From IMG/VR virus record IMGVR_UViG_2513237176_000002: DNA of 64,000 nucleotides; one strand, given 5' to 3'. The notes below the pieces were generated by a model. The model had not been told where the DNA came from and did no database searches. It saw only the letters and a program-made list of their open reading frames with translations. Below, one piece after another: positions 27,960 to 37,650 of the stretch. The DNA is from a virus. Its lineage: Duplodnaviria > Caudoviricetes. Position 1 is the first letter of the stretch. Each line of letters begins with the position of its first letter. The position numbers and the translations under genes were made by a program.

Positions 27960-28376
27960 TCAGGTCGTGGTGTCACCCGGCGGGATCAGCCCAAGATTCC
28001 GCAGCCGTTGTGCCACGTCCGCACCGACCGGTTTCTGCTTCGGCGTGCGCTGCTGCTGCGGCAGTTCGACCGGCTTCGGCTTAGCTCCCTTGCCACCCGA
28101 CCGCTGCCAGTTCGCGCCGGCAAGCTGGTGGTCGATGCGCCGCAGCAGGAACTCGGTGACCCCCCACGCACCCATCGGCCCCCGCATTTTGCGGTGCAGT
28201 GCCGACTCCGGTGGCAGCGATTTGATCCGGACTAGGAGTTCCCGCGGGGAGTAGCGGCCTTCCTGGCGGGGACCGTAGAGCGCGTCCGCGAGCCGGATTT
28301 GGTAGTAGCGGTGGAGGTCCGCTTCGATGGCCTCCCCGTGCTCTTCGAGGAGCCGGCGGAGGCCGAGGCTTCCCCC
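27960..28376 (-). CDS. Tail assembly chaperone, -1 frameshift extension (gpGT-like)
   Basis: LLEEHGEAIEADLHRYY; entered through GGGGGAA slippery site. Confidence 0.8.
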   Translation of the reverse strand, partial: GGSLGLRRLLEEHGEAIEADLHRYYQIRLADALYGPRQEGRYSPRELLVRIKSLPPESALHRKMRGPMGAWGVTEFLLRRIDHQLAGANWQRSGGKGAKPKPVELPQQQRTPKQKPVGADVAQRLRNLGLIPPGDTTT

Positions 28377-28738
28377 TCGTCGGAACCCGAGTGGCTTTTC
28401 CACTGGTCGATCAGATCGAGGAGGACATTCAGCGGACGCTTCACCTTGATGAAGTCGGCGCCCTGACCGGCCCGGCCTTCGTCGAGGAGTTTCGCGAACA
28501 GGGCGGACACGTGCTCCTTGAGGACCGCGATGTCGGCTTCGGTCGCGTCGTCGCTGATGTTCGCAAACTTGCTGCCGAAGCTGAGCACATCGATGTGGGT
28601 GTCGAAGTCCAGCAGGTGAATGTTCGGCAGCATCCACCAGCGGTCCGCCCACCGGAACCAGAACTCCGGATTCTGCTCGGTGTGGACCTTCTGCAGGTCA
28701 TAGCCCTGGCCGGGCGGCGGGGCGAACTCGGCGGTCAC
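28232..28738 (-). CDS. Tail assembly chaperone (gpG-like)
   Basis: Position; W..HSG..GE then Ser/Thr-rich tail. Confidence 0.8.
   Translation of the reverse strand: MTAEFAPPPGQGYDLQKVHTEQNPEFWFRWADRWWMLPNIHLLDFDTHIDVLSFGSKFANISDDATEADIAVLKEHVSALFAKLLDEGRAGQGADFIKVKRPLNVLLDLIDQWKSHSGSDEGEASASAGSSKSTGRPSKRTSTATTKSGSRTRSTVPARKAATPRGNS
28370..28376 (-). other. Programmed -1 frameshift site GGGGGAA
   Basis: GAG GGG GAA (E-G-E) shifts to G-G-S-L-G-L in the overlapping frame. Confidence 0.8.
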
Positions 28739-28902
28739 TCGGCCGCCCCCTGCCCGGAACCAGGCGCAGTCGGGGCGGACTCGGGGATCAGGCCGAGCCG
28801 CTGCAGGCGGGTTTCGACGGGAACGGTGTCGCCCTTGGCCGGCTGCTGTTGCGCCTGTCCGGCAGGGGCGACGCGGGCGGCGCGGGCACGCTTGCCGGTC
28901 AT
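28735..28902 (-). CDS. Small protein (55 aa)
   Basis: GGGAGG RBS, overlaps at both ends; RLQRLGLIP motif. Confidence 0.55.
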   Translation of the reverse strand: MTGKRARAARVAPAGQAQQQPAKGDTVPVETRLQRLGLIPESAPTAPGSGQGAAE

Positions 28903-29240
28903 GCGGGCCTCCCGTTGCCGAGGGCCCGGTGCTCGCCGGTGTGAGCACGCCCGGCCTCCGCGGCAGACGGTGTGGGCTGCCAGCCAGGCACGTTCGCCCT
29001 CGGATCCGGCAGGTCAGGGTTGCCCCACGTTGTCATCGGCGGCTGGTTGCGGCGCTCGGGTGCCAGCTGTCGTGGCGGGATGCCCACCTGCAGCGCATCC
29101 GCTGCGACGATCAGCGACACCATCACTTTGCCGCCATCACCGGGATCGGCGACATACGCGGCGATGTCGAGGGGACGACCGTCGACGACGGCACGATAGC
29201 CGCCGTCGCCGGGCCGGTAGGCGATCTCAACACTGGTCAT
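28899..29240 (-). CDS. Hypothetical protein (113 aa)
   Basis: AAGGAG RBS. Confidence 0.7.
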   Translation of the reverse strand: MTSVEIAYRPGDGGYRAVVDGRPLDIAAYVADPGDGGKVMVSLIVAADALQVGIPPRQLAPERRNQPPMTTWGNPDLPDPRANVPGWQPTPSAAEAGRAHTGEHRALGNGRPA

Positions 29241-29325
29241 GCGGGGACTCCTTCTGCGGGTATGCGGGTTGCGGGAAAGGGGACGTCGCCGGCCCCCGCA
29301 TCGGACCGGCGACGTCGATCATGGG

Positions 29326-29892
29326 TTAGGCGGCGAGGGAGCTGTCCAGCAGATAGCGGTAGGCGACGTTGCCGTTGGCGTCCGGGAACGCCTTGATCGT
29401 CCAGCCGTAGACGGTCACCTCAGTCGACGACCAGACGACGTCACCGCGCTCCGACACCTGACCGAGCGGCACGACGATGCGCTGCGCTTTGCCAGCGTCG
29501 GAGATGCCGTGCAGGATCCACGTCCGCACATCCTTGACCGGCGGCTTCTCGGCGATGGACACACCGTATGCGGTCTGCGTGATGGTGGAACCGGCGTACT
29601 GGATGCCCAGCGTCGTCAGGTTCGTTTCCATCGCGGCGAACGCGAACGTCTTCACGAACTCGCCGGGGATCGACGCGGCGAGCGCGTTGCCCTGCCACAT
29701 GAAGATGTCCGTCGAGTCCTGCGACGTGGCATCAGTGAGGCCTTCGTCGGTGAGCGCGCCGACCTCTTTGTAGACCGCCGAGTTGATCGCGGTGGTCGGG
29801 TCGGTCGGCAGGACCGGGTTCGTCACTCCGAACCCGGAGACCGCGACGAGCCCGTTCTGATAGGCGCGGATCTTGGTGACGTCGACCGCCAT
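29326..29892 (-). CDS. Major tail protein
   Basis: EVGALTDEGL...IFMWQG...AMETN...YGWTIKAFPD. Confidence 0.9.
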   Translation of the reverse strand: MAVDVTKIRAYQNGLVAVSGFGVTNPVLPTDPTTAINSAVYKEVGALTDEGLTDATSQDSTDIFMWQGNALAASIPGEFVKTFAFAAMETNLTTLGIQYAGSTITQTAYGVSIAEKPPVKDVRTWILHGISDAGKAQRIVVPLGQVSERGDVVWSSTEVTVYGWTIKAFPDANGNVAYRYLLDSSLAA

Positions 29893-29959
29893 GGGTCATC
29901 TCCTTGCATGGTGAAGGCCCGGCGGTCGCCGGGAAGGGGCGAAGCGGAAGGAAGGGGGA

Positions 29960-30301
29960 TCAGATGCCAGGGACGCGAATGACCTGGAACTTCACGTCCG
30001 CGTTGTCACCAGAGATCTGCAGCGTGTCGGAGTAGTTCGCCAGCTCGTACGGGCCGAGCACCTTCGCCGTGTTCGCCGGCAGCGCGACCGTGCGGGTCGC
30101 CGCGGCAAGACCGTCGACGGTGGCAGTCGGCGTGATGGTCACGTTCCGCGGCGTCGACACGTTTGCGTTCGTGGCGATCACGATCACGGACTTGCCGTCC
30201 GAGGCGACACTGTTGCCGTTCGCCACATCCGCCGCGGTGCCCGCCGGGAGGGCGGTACCAGCCTTCGACGATTCGACGATGGTGAGCGGCGTGCGAGCCA
30301 T
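29960..30301 (-). CDS. Small virion structural protein
   Basis: Beta-rich, GGAGG RBS, between terminator and tail tube genes. Confidence 0.65.
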   Translation of the reverse strand: MARTPLTIVESSKAGTALPAGTAADVANGNSVASDGKSVIVIATNANVSTPRNVTITPTATVDGLAAATRTVALPANTAKVLGPYELANYSDTLQISGDNADVKFQVIRVPGI

Positions 30302-30361
30302 GAGCTACCTCCGGGCATGACGAAAGCCCGGCGGGGCACGCCGGGTAGGGATGAGCAGGTT

Positions 30362-30796
30362 TCAGATGACGCCGTGCAGGATCACGCGGTAAGCCGCGCC
30401 GCGGCGAGCAACCGTCGCCGAAATCGCCGACCGGTTACTGCCGCCGGAGTCACGGAACGGCAGCCAGCACGGGGCCGCCACGGTCTCCACACCGGTCACG
30501 AAGATGCCGTTGGTGAACGTGTGGTGCGGAAGGTGGAAGCGCATCAGCGTGCGGATCTGCTCGCCCAGCGCCCGGCAGTTGTCGGCGACGGCACCGTAAA
30601 TGTCAATGTCGAGGAGCGCCGTGTCCAAGGTGAGCTGGGTGTCACCTTCGTCAGCGGCCCGCTGTACGTGAATCAGCGGGGCTTCGAACTGCCAGTTCCG
30701 GGGGAGGGTGGGGTCCATCCACACCTTGTTGGTACTGCCGATCTGGTCTTGGAGCCAGTGCCCGATGAGTATTTCAGCGTCGGCGTAGTCAGGCAT
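30362..30796 (-). CDS. Tail terminator
   Basis: P.IHVQR...LDTALLDIDIYG; position. Confidence 0.8.
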   Translation of the reverse strand: MPDYADAEILIGHWLQDQIGSTNKVWMDPTLPRNWQFEAPLIHVQRAADEGDTQLTLDTALLDIDIYGAVADNCRALGEQIRTLMRFHLPHHTFTNGIFVTGVETVAAPCWLPFRDSGGSNRSAISATVARRGAAYRVILHGVI

Positions 30797-31188
30797 CAGC
30801 GACCCGCCGCCCGCAGCGCTCGCCGCATGATGTGCAAGGCGGGCGTGCCGGGATGGTTGACCCGTTTCACTGGGTGCCGTGCGCCCGGCCAGTGAAGGGC
30901 TTGCGCGTTCTTCGGTTCGATGACGTGCGGCTGGGTGCCGTGCTCCAGGATCAGCGCCTTCGGGTCGTCATTGACGACTTGCACGGCAGCCATACCCCTG
31001 ATGCGGGTGCGCTCGGTGCGGAAGGCCCGGCCGTAGTCGCCGCTGACCTTATGAGGCTCGTAAATCTCGAGCGCCAGATCGATGACCCGGTCGGCGCGGC
31101 GCTCCAGTTCACGGTAGATCGAATTCGAGCGGCCGGCCTCACGGATACCACGGGTGTTCGGCCGGAACGTAACGCGGACACTGCCCAC
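30796..31188 (-). CDS. HK97 gp10-like neck protein
   Basis: ILEHGTQPHVIEPKNAQALHW...VNHPGT. Confidence 0.8.
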   Translation of the reverse strand: MGSVRVTFRPNTRGIREAGRSNSIYRELERRADRVIDLALEIYEPHKVSGDYGRAFRTERTRIRGMAAVQVVNDDPKALILEHGTQPHVIEPKNAQALHWPGARHPVKRVNHPGTPALHIMRRALRAAGR

Positions 31189-31251
31189 TTCGCACCCCCG
31201 GTTCCAAGTTGCGAAGACGGTGTGAAGCAGAATGTGAAGCTTGGCGCGCAG

Positions 31252-32007
31252 CTACCAGTAGCGGGGGTCGTCGTAACGCGGGTCGGCGGTCGGGAAACTC
31301 CAGGTGGGCGCAACAATTTCGATACCGTAGTCCGAGGTGCCCCCGGCGGCATTGTTGGCATCGGCGAGATCACCGAGCATGGCGTCAGCCCGGCGTTCCA
31401 TGTCGTTGGCCCGCTGCAGCGACGCGGCGTCGTTGGGCCAGCTGCGTTCCACCCAGGCGGCGGCCAGCAGTGCAGCGACGGCGCGGGCCAGGTCGTGCAT
31501 GCTGTCGCGCATCGGTGAGACGCGGGCAGCAACCCAAGCGACCGCGTCAACGATCAGCGCGTCCACGGCCACCCCTGACGGTGTGGTGGTGTGGTCGAAC
31601 GTGAACTGGTAGATGTCCTGGCTGTTCACCACTGACGTGAGTGACCGTGCGAGGGTGCGGTGGGGCACGTATGTGGCGACCCGTGTCCGGGACGGTGTCC
31701 ACTCCGGGCCGCCTGCAGCCGGCGACGGAACCACCCAGATCTCGATGTCTTCGGCACCGACACCTGTGCCCATCACTTGCCAGGACAGCACCCACCTGCG
31801 GGGTTGATCAAACACCACCGGATCAGCGGTGAGTCGCCGGGTCGGTTCGCCAGTGTCCGGGTCGGCGCCGAGCGGGCCTGGAGTGACTGGCACGCCGCTG
31901 CTGGTGCCGTCGGGCCGGTGCACCGTCAGCGTCCCCGTCGTGTCCACCCCGGCGGGGGTGACATCGAGGTACGGCTGGTCGACGTCACCGACGGACAGAT
32001 CCGACAC
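31252..32007 (-). CDS. Head-to-tail adaptor with N-terminal Ig-like domain
   Basis: N-terminal TLTVHRPDG beta domain; helical C-terminal adaptor-like part. Confidence 0.6.
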   Translation of the reverse strand: MSDLSVGDVDQPYLDVTPAGVDTTGTLTVHRPDGTSSGVPVTPGPLGADPDTGEPTRRLTADPVVFDQPRRWVLSWQVMGTGVGAEDIEIWVVPSPAAGGPEWTPSRTRVATYVPHRTLARSLTSVVNSQDIYQFTFDHTTTPSGVAVDALIVDAVAWVAARVSPMRDSMHDLARAVAALLAAAWVERSWPNDAASLQRANDMERRADAMLGDLADANNAAGGTSDYGIEIVAPTWSFPTADPRYDDPRYW

Positions 32008-32020
32008 CTGGTCACCTCTT

Positions 32021-35000
32021 TCAGGTGCGGTGGGTGAGCCCACCAGAGAGACGGGACCTGTTACTGCCCGAGCGGTACCGGCCGGGGGTGACGAACACCC
32101 CGGTCCGCACGAGCGGTGTCGGAATACTCGCGACCGCCATAACCGTGGCCGGGCTGACCGTCCGGTCCGCCTGACCGATCACCGTGGGGCTCGCGATCGC
32201 CGCGACACCCGCCACCGTGGTCAGAGTGACGACCGTTTCGGTACGCACCGACGGCGCCGGGATTGCCGCCGCAGCCTGCACCGTTGCCGGCGAAACCGTG
32301 GTGGTTGAGCCCGCCGACACGGCCGGGGTGGGGATCGCGGTGGATGCGATAACTGTTGCCGGTGTGCGGGTGGCGATCGAGGTGGCCTGCACTGCTGGTG
32401 CCGGGATTGCCGTGACCGCACCCACTGTGGCGGGGGAGCGGGTGGCGCTCGTCCCGGCCTGAACAGTGGGTGCGGGGATCGCGGCAACCGCAGCGACGGT
32501 CGCGGGTGACCGGGTGACACTCGAGGTGACCTGCACCGTCGGGCTGGGGATGGCCGCGACCGCGGCAACCGTGCTCGGGCTGCGGCTGGCCGACGACGAT
32601 GCGATGACCGTGGGCGTCGGGATCGACGCGACGGCCTGCACGGTGCCGGGCGTGACGTCGTCGTACCAGTCCACCGGGGTCGGCTGAACCAACCCGGACA
32701 TGAGCGTGCTGGGTGGCGCGCCCATGTCGACCAGCATGTTGATCGTGGCCTGCTGCAGCACCAGTGAGGTGTTGTCGCTGCCGACCTGCCAGGTATTCGC
32801 CGAGTCCAGCGCCAGCGCGTAGTTGACCGTGCCCGCCGAGAACACGAGCGCCCCGCTGCCGCCGGGGTAGACCGACAACCTGTGTGTTGCCGTGCCCGCC
32901 TGGTCGTAGACATCGCCGGCGTCCACCAGCAACTGCCCGAACGCCACCGAGTAGGTGACGTCCGAAAGGTATCTGGCGCGGGGGTGGGCGGGTGCCATGT
33001 AGTTCGCGGCGGTGGTGCTCACTCCGAGCGGTCCCCAGCAGTTCCACTCGAAACCGAGCACCTCAGCGGGCGACGACCATGACCCGCTGGACAGTTCGGC
33101 CACCGACGTGTGACGCCAGAACGGCTGTGCCGTGTACCCGCCAGCGACGGGTGCGACCAGGCTTTTGAAGTTTGGCCCGTTCACGCAGAAGATCGACCCG
33201 AGCAGCGTGTTCTCCGGGGCGTTGCCGCCCTTGCCGGTGCCGTCCGGGTCACGCCACGCGCCAGTCCACTCCGGGCGGGTGCTGCCACGTCCCTGGATGG
33301 TCGACTTCTGGCACTCCTGCACGCGCGGGCGGCCCTGGCTGTCCGGCACTGAGCCGACGGTCCGCCAGAACACGTCATTGCCGCTGGAGAAAAACAGCGA
33401 CACCCCGGCGTCGCGGGCGGCTTCCCACCCGGAGCGCATCTTGTCGCTCCAGTACTCGTTGTGGCCAACCGCAACCGCCACCGATACGCCGCCGTGTGTG
33501 CTGCCGTTACCGCGCAGGTGCAGGCCGGTCGGGTCTGCGCTGGCGTCGATGCAGCCGTAGTACTTGAGGTCGTGCCCGTTCCGCTCCAAAAACCTGATCA
33601 TCGGGTACTCGGCGGTGAACAGGTTCGACCATTTGACCTGCCCGTAGCTGCGGCCGGCGTCGGCGGCGCCCCTGTTGACCATGGGGCGGTTCCAGCTGAC
33701 GAACCGCGCGCAGTCCGAGTTGTACTGGTCGACGAGCGTGCCCGTGTACAGCGAGTTGCCGCCGTACTGGCCGCTGCCGAGTCCGCCCCACGCGTTGTAG
33801 GCCAGCCACGTTGAGTCGCTGGGCATCAGCATCAGGTCGGCCTGGCGGGCGTCGTCCCGGACGATGCACATCACGTGCGATGCGCCACCACCCGTGCGGG
33901 CCAGCCGCAGGATGTAGATTCCGCTCGGCGCCCAGGCCGGTGGCGTCCACGTGAGCGTGGTCGCCCAGCCCGAGCAGTCCGCTGAGATGAGCGTCGTGGA
34001 CGGGTCCGCGTTGGCCGGGGCCGGCTGTGTCTTGCTCGCGGCGAGCTGCCCCGACGTGGGGGTGATGGTGCCGTAGCTTCGTGCGCCGTCGCCGCCGTAC
34101 CAGCCGAGCCTGAAAATCTCGCCCGACCAGTCGGCACTCACCGAGCCGATTTTGAACTGGGCGGTCTCGGTCTTGTCGATGCTCAGGCCGTCGCAGAAAC
34201 CCTGCAAATCCGGGTGCCCACCTAGGTTCGGCGACACCAGATCCCAGGTGGCGCGCGGCGTGCCCGTAAGCAGGTTCTCCGCCGCCACGATCGTCGGCCC
34301 GTACGCGACCGTGACCGTTGCTGTCGTCGAGCCGCCGTGCGTCGCCGACACCGTGGCCCGGACTGTCGCCACGCCTGATCCCGCAGGCGCGGTGTACAGG
34401 GGCATCGCGGTGTTGGCGTTCGCGAGCGACCCGGCCCCGGAGATGACCTCCCACGACCAGCCCGAAATCGACTGCCCGCCCGGCGGGGTAGCCGGCACGT
34501 CGAGCAGCACCGACTGTCCTGCGATCACTGGACGCGCCAGGCCGTTGCTGACGGTCGGCGGGACACCACCCACGGCAGGAGCCGGGATGCTGGCGACCGC
34601 CGTGACAGTGGCGGGGGAGACCAGGCCGGAGCCGGACGTCGAGAACGCAACCGGAGCCGACCACGCCGACCAGTTGCCCGCCGCGTCTCGCGCCCGAACC
34701 CGCGCCGAGTAGCCGGACGACGCGGTCAGGCCGGTCACCGACTGGCTGGTGCTCGCAGTCGTGAACGTGCGGACGTTCCCAGCCACAGGGGCCGGGATAG
34801 ACGCGACCGCAGCAACCGTTGCTGGGGTGCGCGAGGCGCTGGCCCCGACGGTCGGCGCCGGAATCGACACCGTGGCCGCCACCGTGCCAGGTGAACGCGA
34901 GGCGTTGCCAGAGGTGGACACCGTCGGCGTGGGGATGCTCGCGGTGGCCGCCACCGTTGCCGGGGCCACCGCCGCAGTGAACGTCACCGTGGAGCTGTAC

Positions 35001-35119
35001 GCCGACCAGTTCCCGGCCGCATCCCTGGCTCGCACCCGCACCGTGTAGGAGCCGCCCGGCGTGAGTCCGGTGACCGGCGTGCTCGTGACGTTGCCGACGG
35101 GAACGGTCCAGGTCGCCAC
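32021..35119 (-). CDS. FN3 + N,N-dimethylformamidase-beta-like (DUF6605) + repeat protein
   Basis: VRARDAAGNWS x2; IFRLGWYGGDGAR, TWLAYNAWGG, EYPMIRFLERNG, GHNEYWS; many SPATVAAVAxIPAP repeats. Confidence 0.75.
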   Translation of the reverse strand: MATWTVPVGNVTSTPVTGLTPGGSYTVRVRARDAAGNWSAYSSTVTFTAAVAPATVAATASIPTPTVSTSGNASRSPGTVAATVSIPAPTVGASASRTPATVAAVASIPAPVAGNVRTFTTASTSQSVTGLTASSGYSARVRARDAAGNWSAWSAPVAFSTSGSGLVSPATVTAVASIPAPAVGGVPPTVSNGLARPVIAGQSVLLDVPATPPGGQSISGWSWEVISGAGSLANANTAMPLYTAPAGSGVATVRATVSATHGGSTTATVTVAYGPTIVAAENLLTGTPRATWDLVSPNLGGHPDLQGFCDGLSIDKTETAQFKIGSVSADWSGEIFRLGWYGGDGARSYGTITPTSGQLAASKTQPAPANADPSTTLISADCSGWATTLTWTPPAWAPSGIYILRLARTGGGASHVMCIVRDDARQADLMLMPSDSTWLAYNAWGGLGSGQYGGNSLYTGTLVDQYNSDCARFVSWNRPMVNRGAADAGRSYGQVKWSNLFTAEYPMIRFLERNGHDLKYYGCIDASADPTGLHLRGNGSTHGGVSVAVAVGHNEYWSDKMRSGWEAARDAGVSLFFSSGNDVFWRTVGSVPDSQGRPRVQECQKSTIQGRGSTRPEWTGAWRDPDGTGKGGNAPENTLLGSIFCVNGPNFKSLVAPVAGGYTAQPFWRHTSVAELSSGSWSSPAEVLGFEWNCWGPLGVSTTAANYMAPAHPRARYLSDVTYSVAFGQLLVDAGDVYDQAGTATHRLSVYPGGSGALVFSAGTVNYALALDSANTWQVGSDNTSLVLQQATINMLVDMGAPPSTLMSGLVQPTPVDWYDDVTPGTVQAVASIPTPTVIASSSASRSPSTVAAVAAIPSPTVQVTSSVTRSPATVAAVAAIPAPTVQAGTSATRSPATVGAVTAIPAPAVQATSIATRTPATVIASTAIPTPAVSAGSTTTVSPATVQAAAAIPAPSVRTETVVTLTTVAGVAAIASPTVIGQADRTVSPATVMAVASIPTPLVRTGVFVTPGRYRSGSNRSRLSGGLTHRT

Positions 35120-35128
35120 GCCGCCCCC

Positions 35129-35878
35129 TTAGGGTCCGGTGACCTCAACCTCGTAGCCGGTCACCCCGACCGCATCCGTCGACGCCGTCCACGACACCGT
35201 GGCGGTGGTCGCACCGATCGCTGTCACCTGCAACCCGGTCGGGACCGTCGGCGCGGTCGTGTCGCCGGCTGGAACGGTGATTGACCAGACCGCCCACTCA
35301 CGCGAGGAGCTCGCCCCGTACGTGCCCGCCGGAGTCAGCGACGTCGAGCCGTACGCGTCGACGTAGGCGACCGACACGTACGCGCCGTCAGTGACCGTGT
35401 CACCCGGCACCGTCGCGTCGTAGTCCTCCACGGAGGGTGTCGTCCACGTCGAGTTGTAGGCGGGGGTGGGATCGTTTGCGGCGACCACACCGGAGATCGC
35501 GGCGAACACCGACTGGCCGACCGTGATCCCCGACAGGGTGGGCGCAGTGTTCGTGCCGGCCGCCGACGTGCCCACGCCCCACGCGGAACCAGCCGGGAAC
35601 TCGTACACCAACCAGGCCAGTGGGTAGTTGCCGTTCGACCGAGTCACCACCACCGACGACTCACCAGCCGTCGCCGTCTTCGTGGCGACGCTGAGCTCAG
35701 TGTTGTTGACCGGCTGCAGACGTTCCGTCCACGCGCCCGGCCACGACTGGACGATCGGGCCACCCGACACCACAACCAGGAGACCGCCTGCCGCAGCGGG
35801 CGTGAAGTTGATCGTCGCGTCGTTGACGCCAGGGGTGCGATTCGCGATGCCCACCGTCCGGTTGATCCATTCGGGCAT
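35129..35878 (-). CDS. Virion protein with C-terminal half-FN3 domain
   Basis: DTTAPTVPTGL...SWTASTDAVGVTGYEV. Confidence 0.7.
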   Translation of the reverse strand: MPEWINRTVGIANRTPGVNDATINFTPAAAGGLLVVVSGGPIVQSWPGAWTERLQPVNNTELSVATKTATAGESSVVVTRSNGNYPLAWLVYEFPAGSAWGVGTSAAGTNTAPTLSGITVGQSVFAAISGVVAANDPTPAYNSTWTTPSVEDYDATVPGDTVTDGAYVSVAYVDAYGSTSLTPAGTYGASSSREWAVWSITVPAGDTTAPTVPTGLQVTAIGATTATVSWTASTDAVGVTGYEVEVTGP

Positions 35879-35881
35879 CGG

Positions 35882-36364
35882 CTAGGGCGTCCAGTCGACC
35901 GTGGCCACGCCCGACGCACTCCAAGCGATCCCGAAAGTCCCCGCCGACGTCGATGCGGCCGTGATGAAGTCGACCAGCAGGATCAGGGCGTCAGCGGTCG
36001 GGGACGTCAGCGCATCCGCGTAGATCACGGCGGCCATCGCGTTCGACAGGGTGGTCCCAGAAACGCTGACATCGTTCATGTCCCACATCATCGTGCCCGC
36101 AGGCGAGATGGTGAGGGTGGGCGCCGTGCTCGTGCCACCCGCAGCAGCGGCGGACAGCAGTACCCCGCCGGCCGCCCAGCCCGTGCCGGACACCTCGTTC
36201 GCGGACAGGTTCGCCCACGACGTGTTGGTGTCGAAGGCCGGTGTGCTGGCATCAGACAGCAGCGCGATCTTGTGGGTGGCCAGGGTGAGGTCCAAGCCGA
36301 CGTTGGTGGCGTCGAACTCGTCGACCATGTTCTGGGTGAACCACCCGGATGCGGTGATCGCCAC
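35882..36364 (-). CDS. Virion structural protein (160 aa)
   Basis: KIALL...NEVSGTGWAAGG...GTFGIAW. Confidence 0.7.
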   Translation of the reverse strand: MAITASGWFTQNMVDEFDATNVGLDLTLATHKIALLSDASTPAFDTNTSWANLSANEVSGTGWAAGGVLLSAAAAGGTSTAPTLTISPAGTMMWDMNDVSVSGTTLSNAMAAVIYADALTSPTADALILLVDFITAASTSAGTFGIAWSASGVATVDWTP

Positions 36365-36366
36365 GG

Positions 36367-36735
36367 TCAGGCCCCCTGTCCAGCAATGAACATGGCGCCG
36401 CCGCGCTGCCGCCGATGCGCCTTCCGAGCTGAGATGAGCGCGTCCGTCGCGGCCTGGTAGGCGGCGAGGGTGCCATCGCCGGGGTCACCGAGGTAAGCGG
36501 CCTGCGCGGCGATGTACTGCTCACTGGCGTCCGCGATGCGCTGGCTCATGTAGTCCGACACGCGCTTCGAGTCGTCCCCGTTCGGCCCCGCCGGCGGGTT
36601 CTCCGCAACCAGCGCGGTTACCGCCTCGTGCTTGTACGGGAAGTGTTCGTCGGGGTCGGCAAGCCGCCCGGCGCGAATCAGCGCCTGGGCTTGGACCACC
36701 GCATCCTGATAGGACTGCGGGTTATTGCCGGTCAT
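36367..36735 (-). CDS. Hypothetical protein (122 aa)
   Basis: GAGGAG RBS. Confidence 0.7.
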   Translation of the reverse strand: MTGNNPQSYQDAVVQAQALIRAGRLADPDEHFPYKHEAVTALVAENPPAGPNGDDSKRVSDYMSQRIADASEQYIAAQAAYLGDPGDGTLAAYQAATDALISARKAHRRQRGGAMFIAGQGA

Positions 36736-36955
36736 TGGTTCTCCTCACCCGGACGGCGCGGACAGTGGCGGGCCGAACCGTCGCATCAACGCGGTCGCCC
36801 TTGGCGTGTTCAGTGGTGGTGGTCCCGGCCTCGTCGGTGGTGGCCTTCCACGGCACCCCGGTCTCCGGATGCTGGCGGCCTTCCCGGACGGTCGAGCCGG
36901 ACCGGCGGGAGATAATCCCGATGCCCAACAGCCGGTCACGGTACGGATTCGACAC
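36722..36955 (-). CDS. Hypothetical protein (77 aa)
   Basis: AAGGGGG before GTG. Confidence 0.55.
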   Translation of the reverse strand: MSNPYRDRLLGIGIISRRSGSTVREGRQHPETGVPWKATTDEAGTTTTEHAKGDRVDATVRPATVRAVRVRRTNDRQ

Positions 36956-37011
36956 GGCAACCCCCTTGGTGGCAGTCCCTACACTCGGAAACCCGACCGG
37001 AGGGCAGCGCG

Positions 37012-37650
37012 TTGGCGGACAAGCTGCAGAAAGCGCGGGCACAACGGCCCGCAATCACCGTTCACATGGCACCGCCCGAGCCCGCGGGGGAACGGTCCCG
37101 CTGGGTGGAATGGCTGAGCCTCACCATCGCCGTCGCCGCCATGGCAGTCGCCGGCATGACCTACCTCGATCAGCGGGACGTCAACTCGATCACCGAGGCA
37201 CGCAACGAACGCCGGTACGCAGACCGGGTTGCGTGGTGGACGGAGGGCAGCTCGACTATCCTCCACGGCCCCAACGAGACCGTGCTGATGCTGCAGAACC
37301 GCACACCCACCCCCGTACGCGGGGTGGTCATCGAAATTTCCCTGATCACTGCAGGTGAGTCCGGCGTCAAACCCACATCGGAGCGAAGCGGGATATCCGG
37401 ACCGGACGTGCCGCCCTGCAAAATCTTGCGGGTTCCTCTCCGAACTCGCGGCGACGACACCTTCTTCATCCCGAGGGCGGTGCACTTCGTTGACAGCGAG
37501 GGCCGCGGCTGGCGCAGAGACGACAACGGCGCGCTGTCCGCCGAAGACCCTCCTGACGCCTCGTTCACGGCGGATGGCCCCGTCTTCACAAAAATCTGGG
37601 GATTCGTCGCTGCGGGAGAGTCACCCGCCGAGGACTGCACGGACGCTTGA
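37012..37650 (+). CDS. Single-TM moron protein
   Basis: Opposite strand inside head operon; one TM segment; start uncertain. Confidence 0.6.
   Translation: MADKLQKARAQRPAITVHMAPPEPAGERSRWVEWLSLTIAVAAMAVAGMTYLDQRDVNSITEARNERRYADRVAWWTEGSSTILHGPNETVLMLQNRTPTPVRGVVIEISLITAGESGVKPTSERSGISGPDVPPCKILRVPLRTRGDDTFFIPRAVHFVDSEGRGWRRDDNGALSAEDPPDASFTADGPVFTKIWGFVAAGESPAEDCTDA

Noticed and set aside
28370-28376. Tail chaperone frameshift as a novelty
   Set aside because: Well-known feature of long-tailed phages; listed as a feature only
34660-35080. Two similar DNA segments as a possible DGR template/variable repeat pair
   Set aside because: They encode duplicated FN3 strands; differences are mostly synonymous, not adenine-specific, and no RT is present
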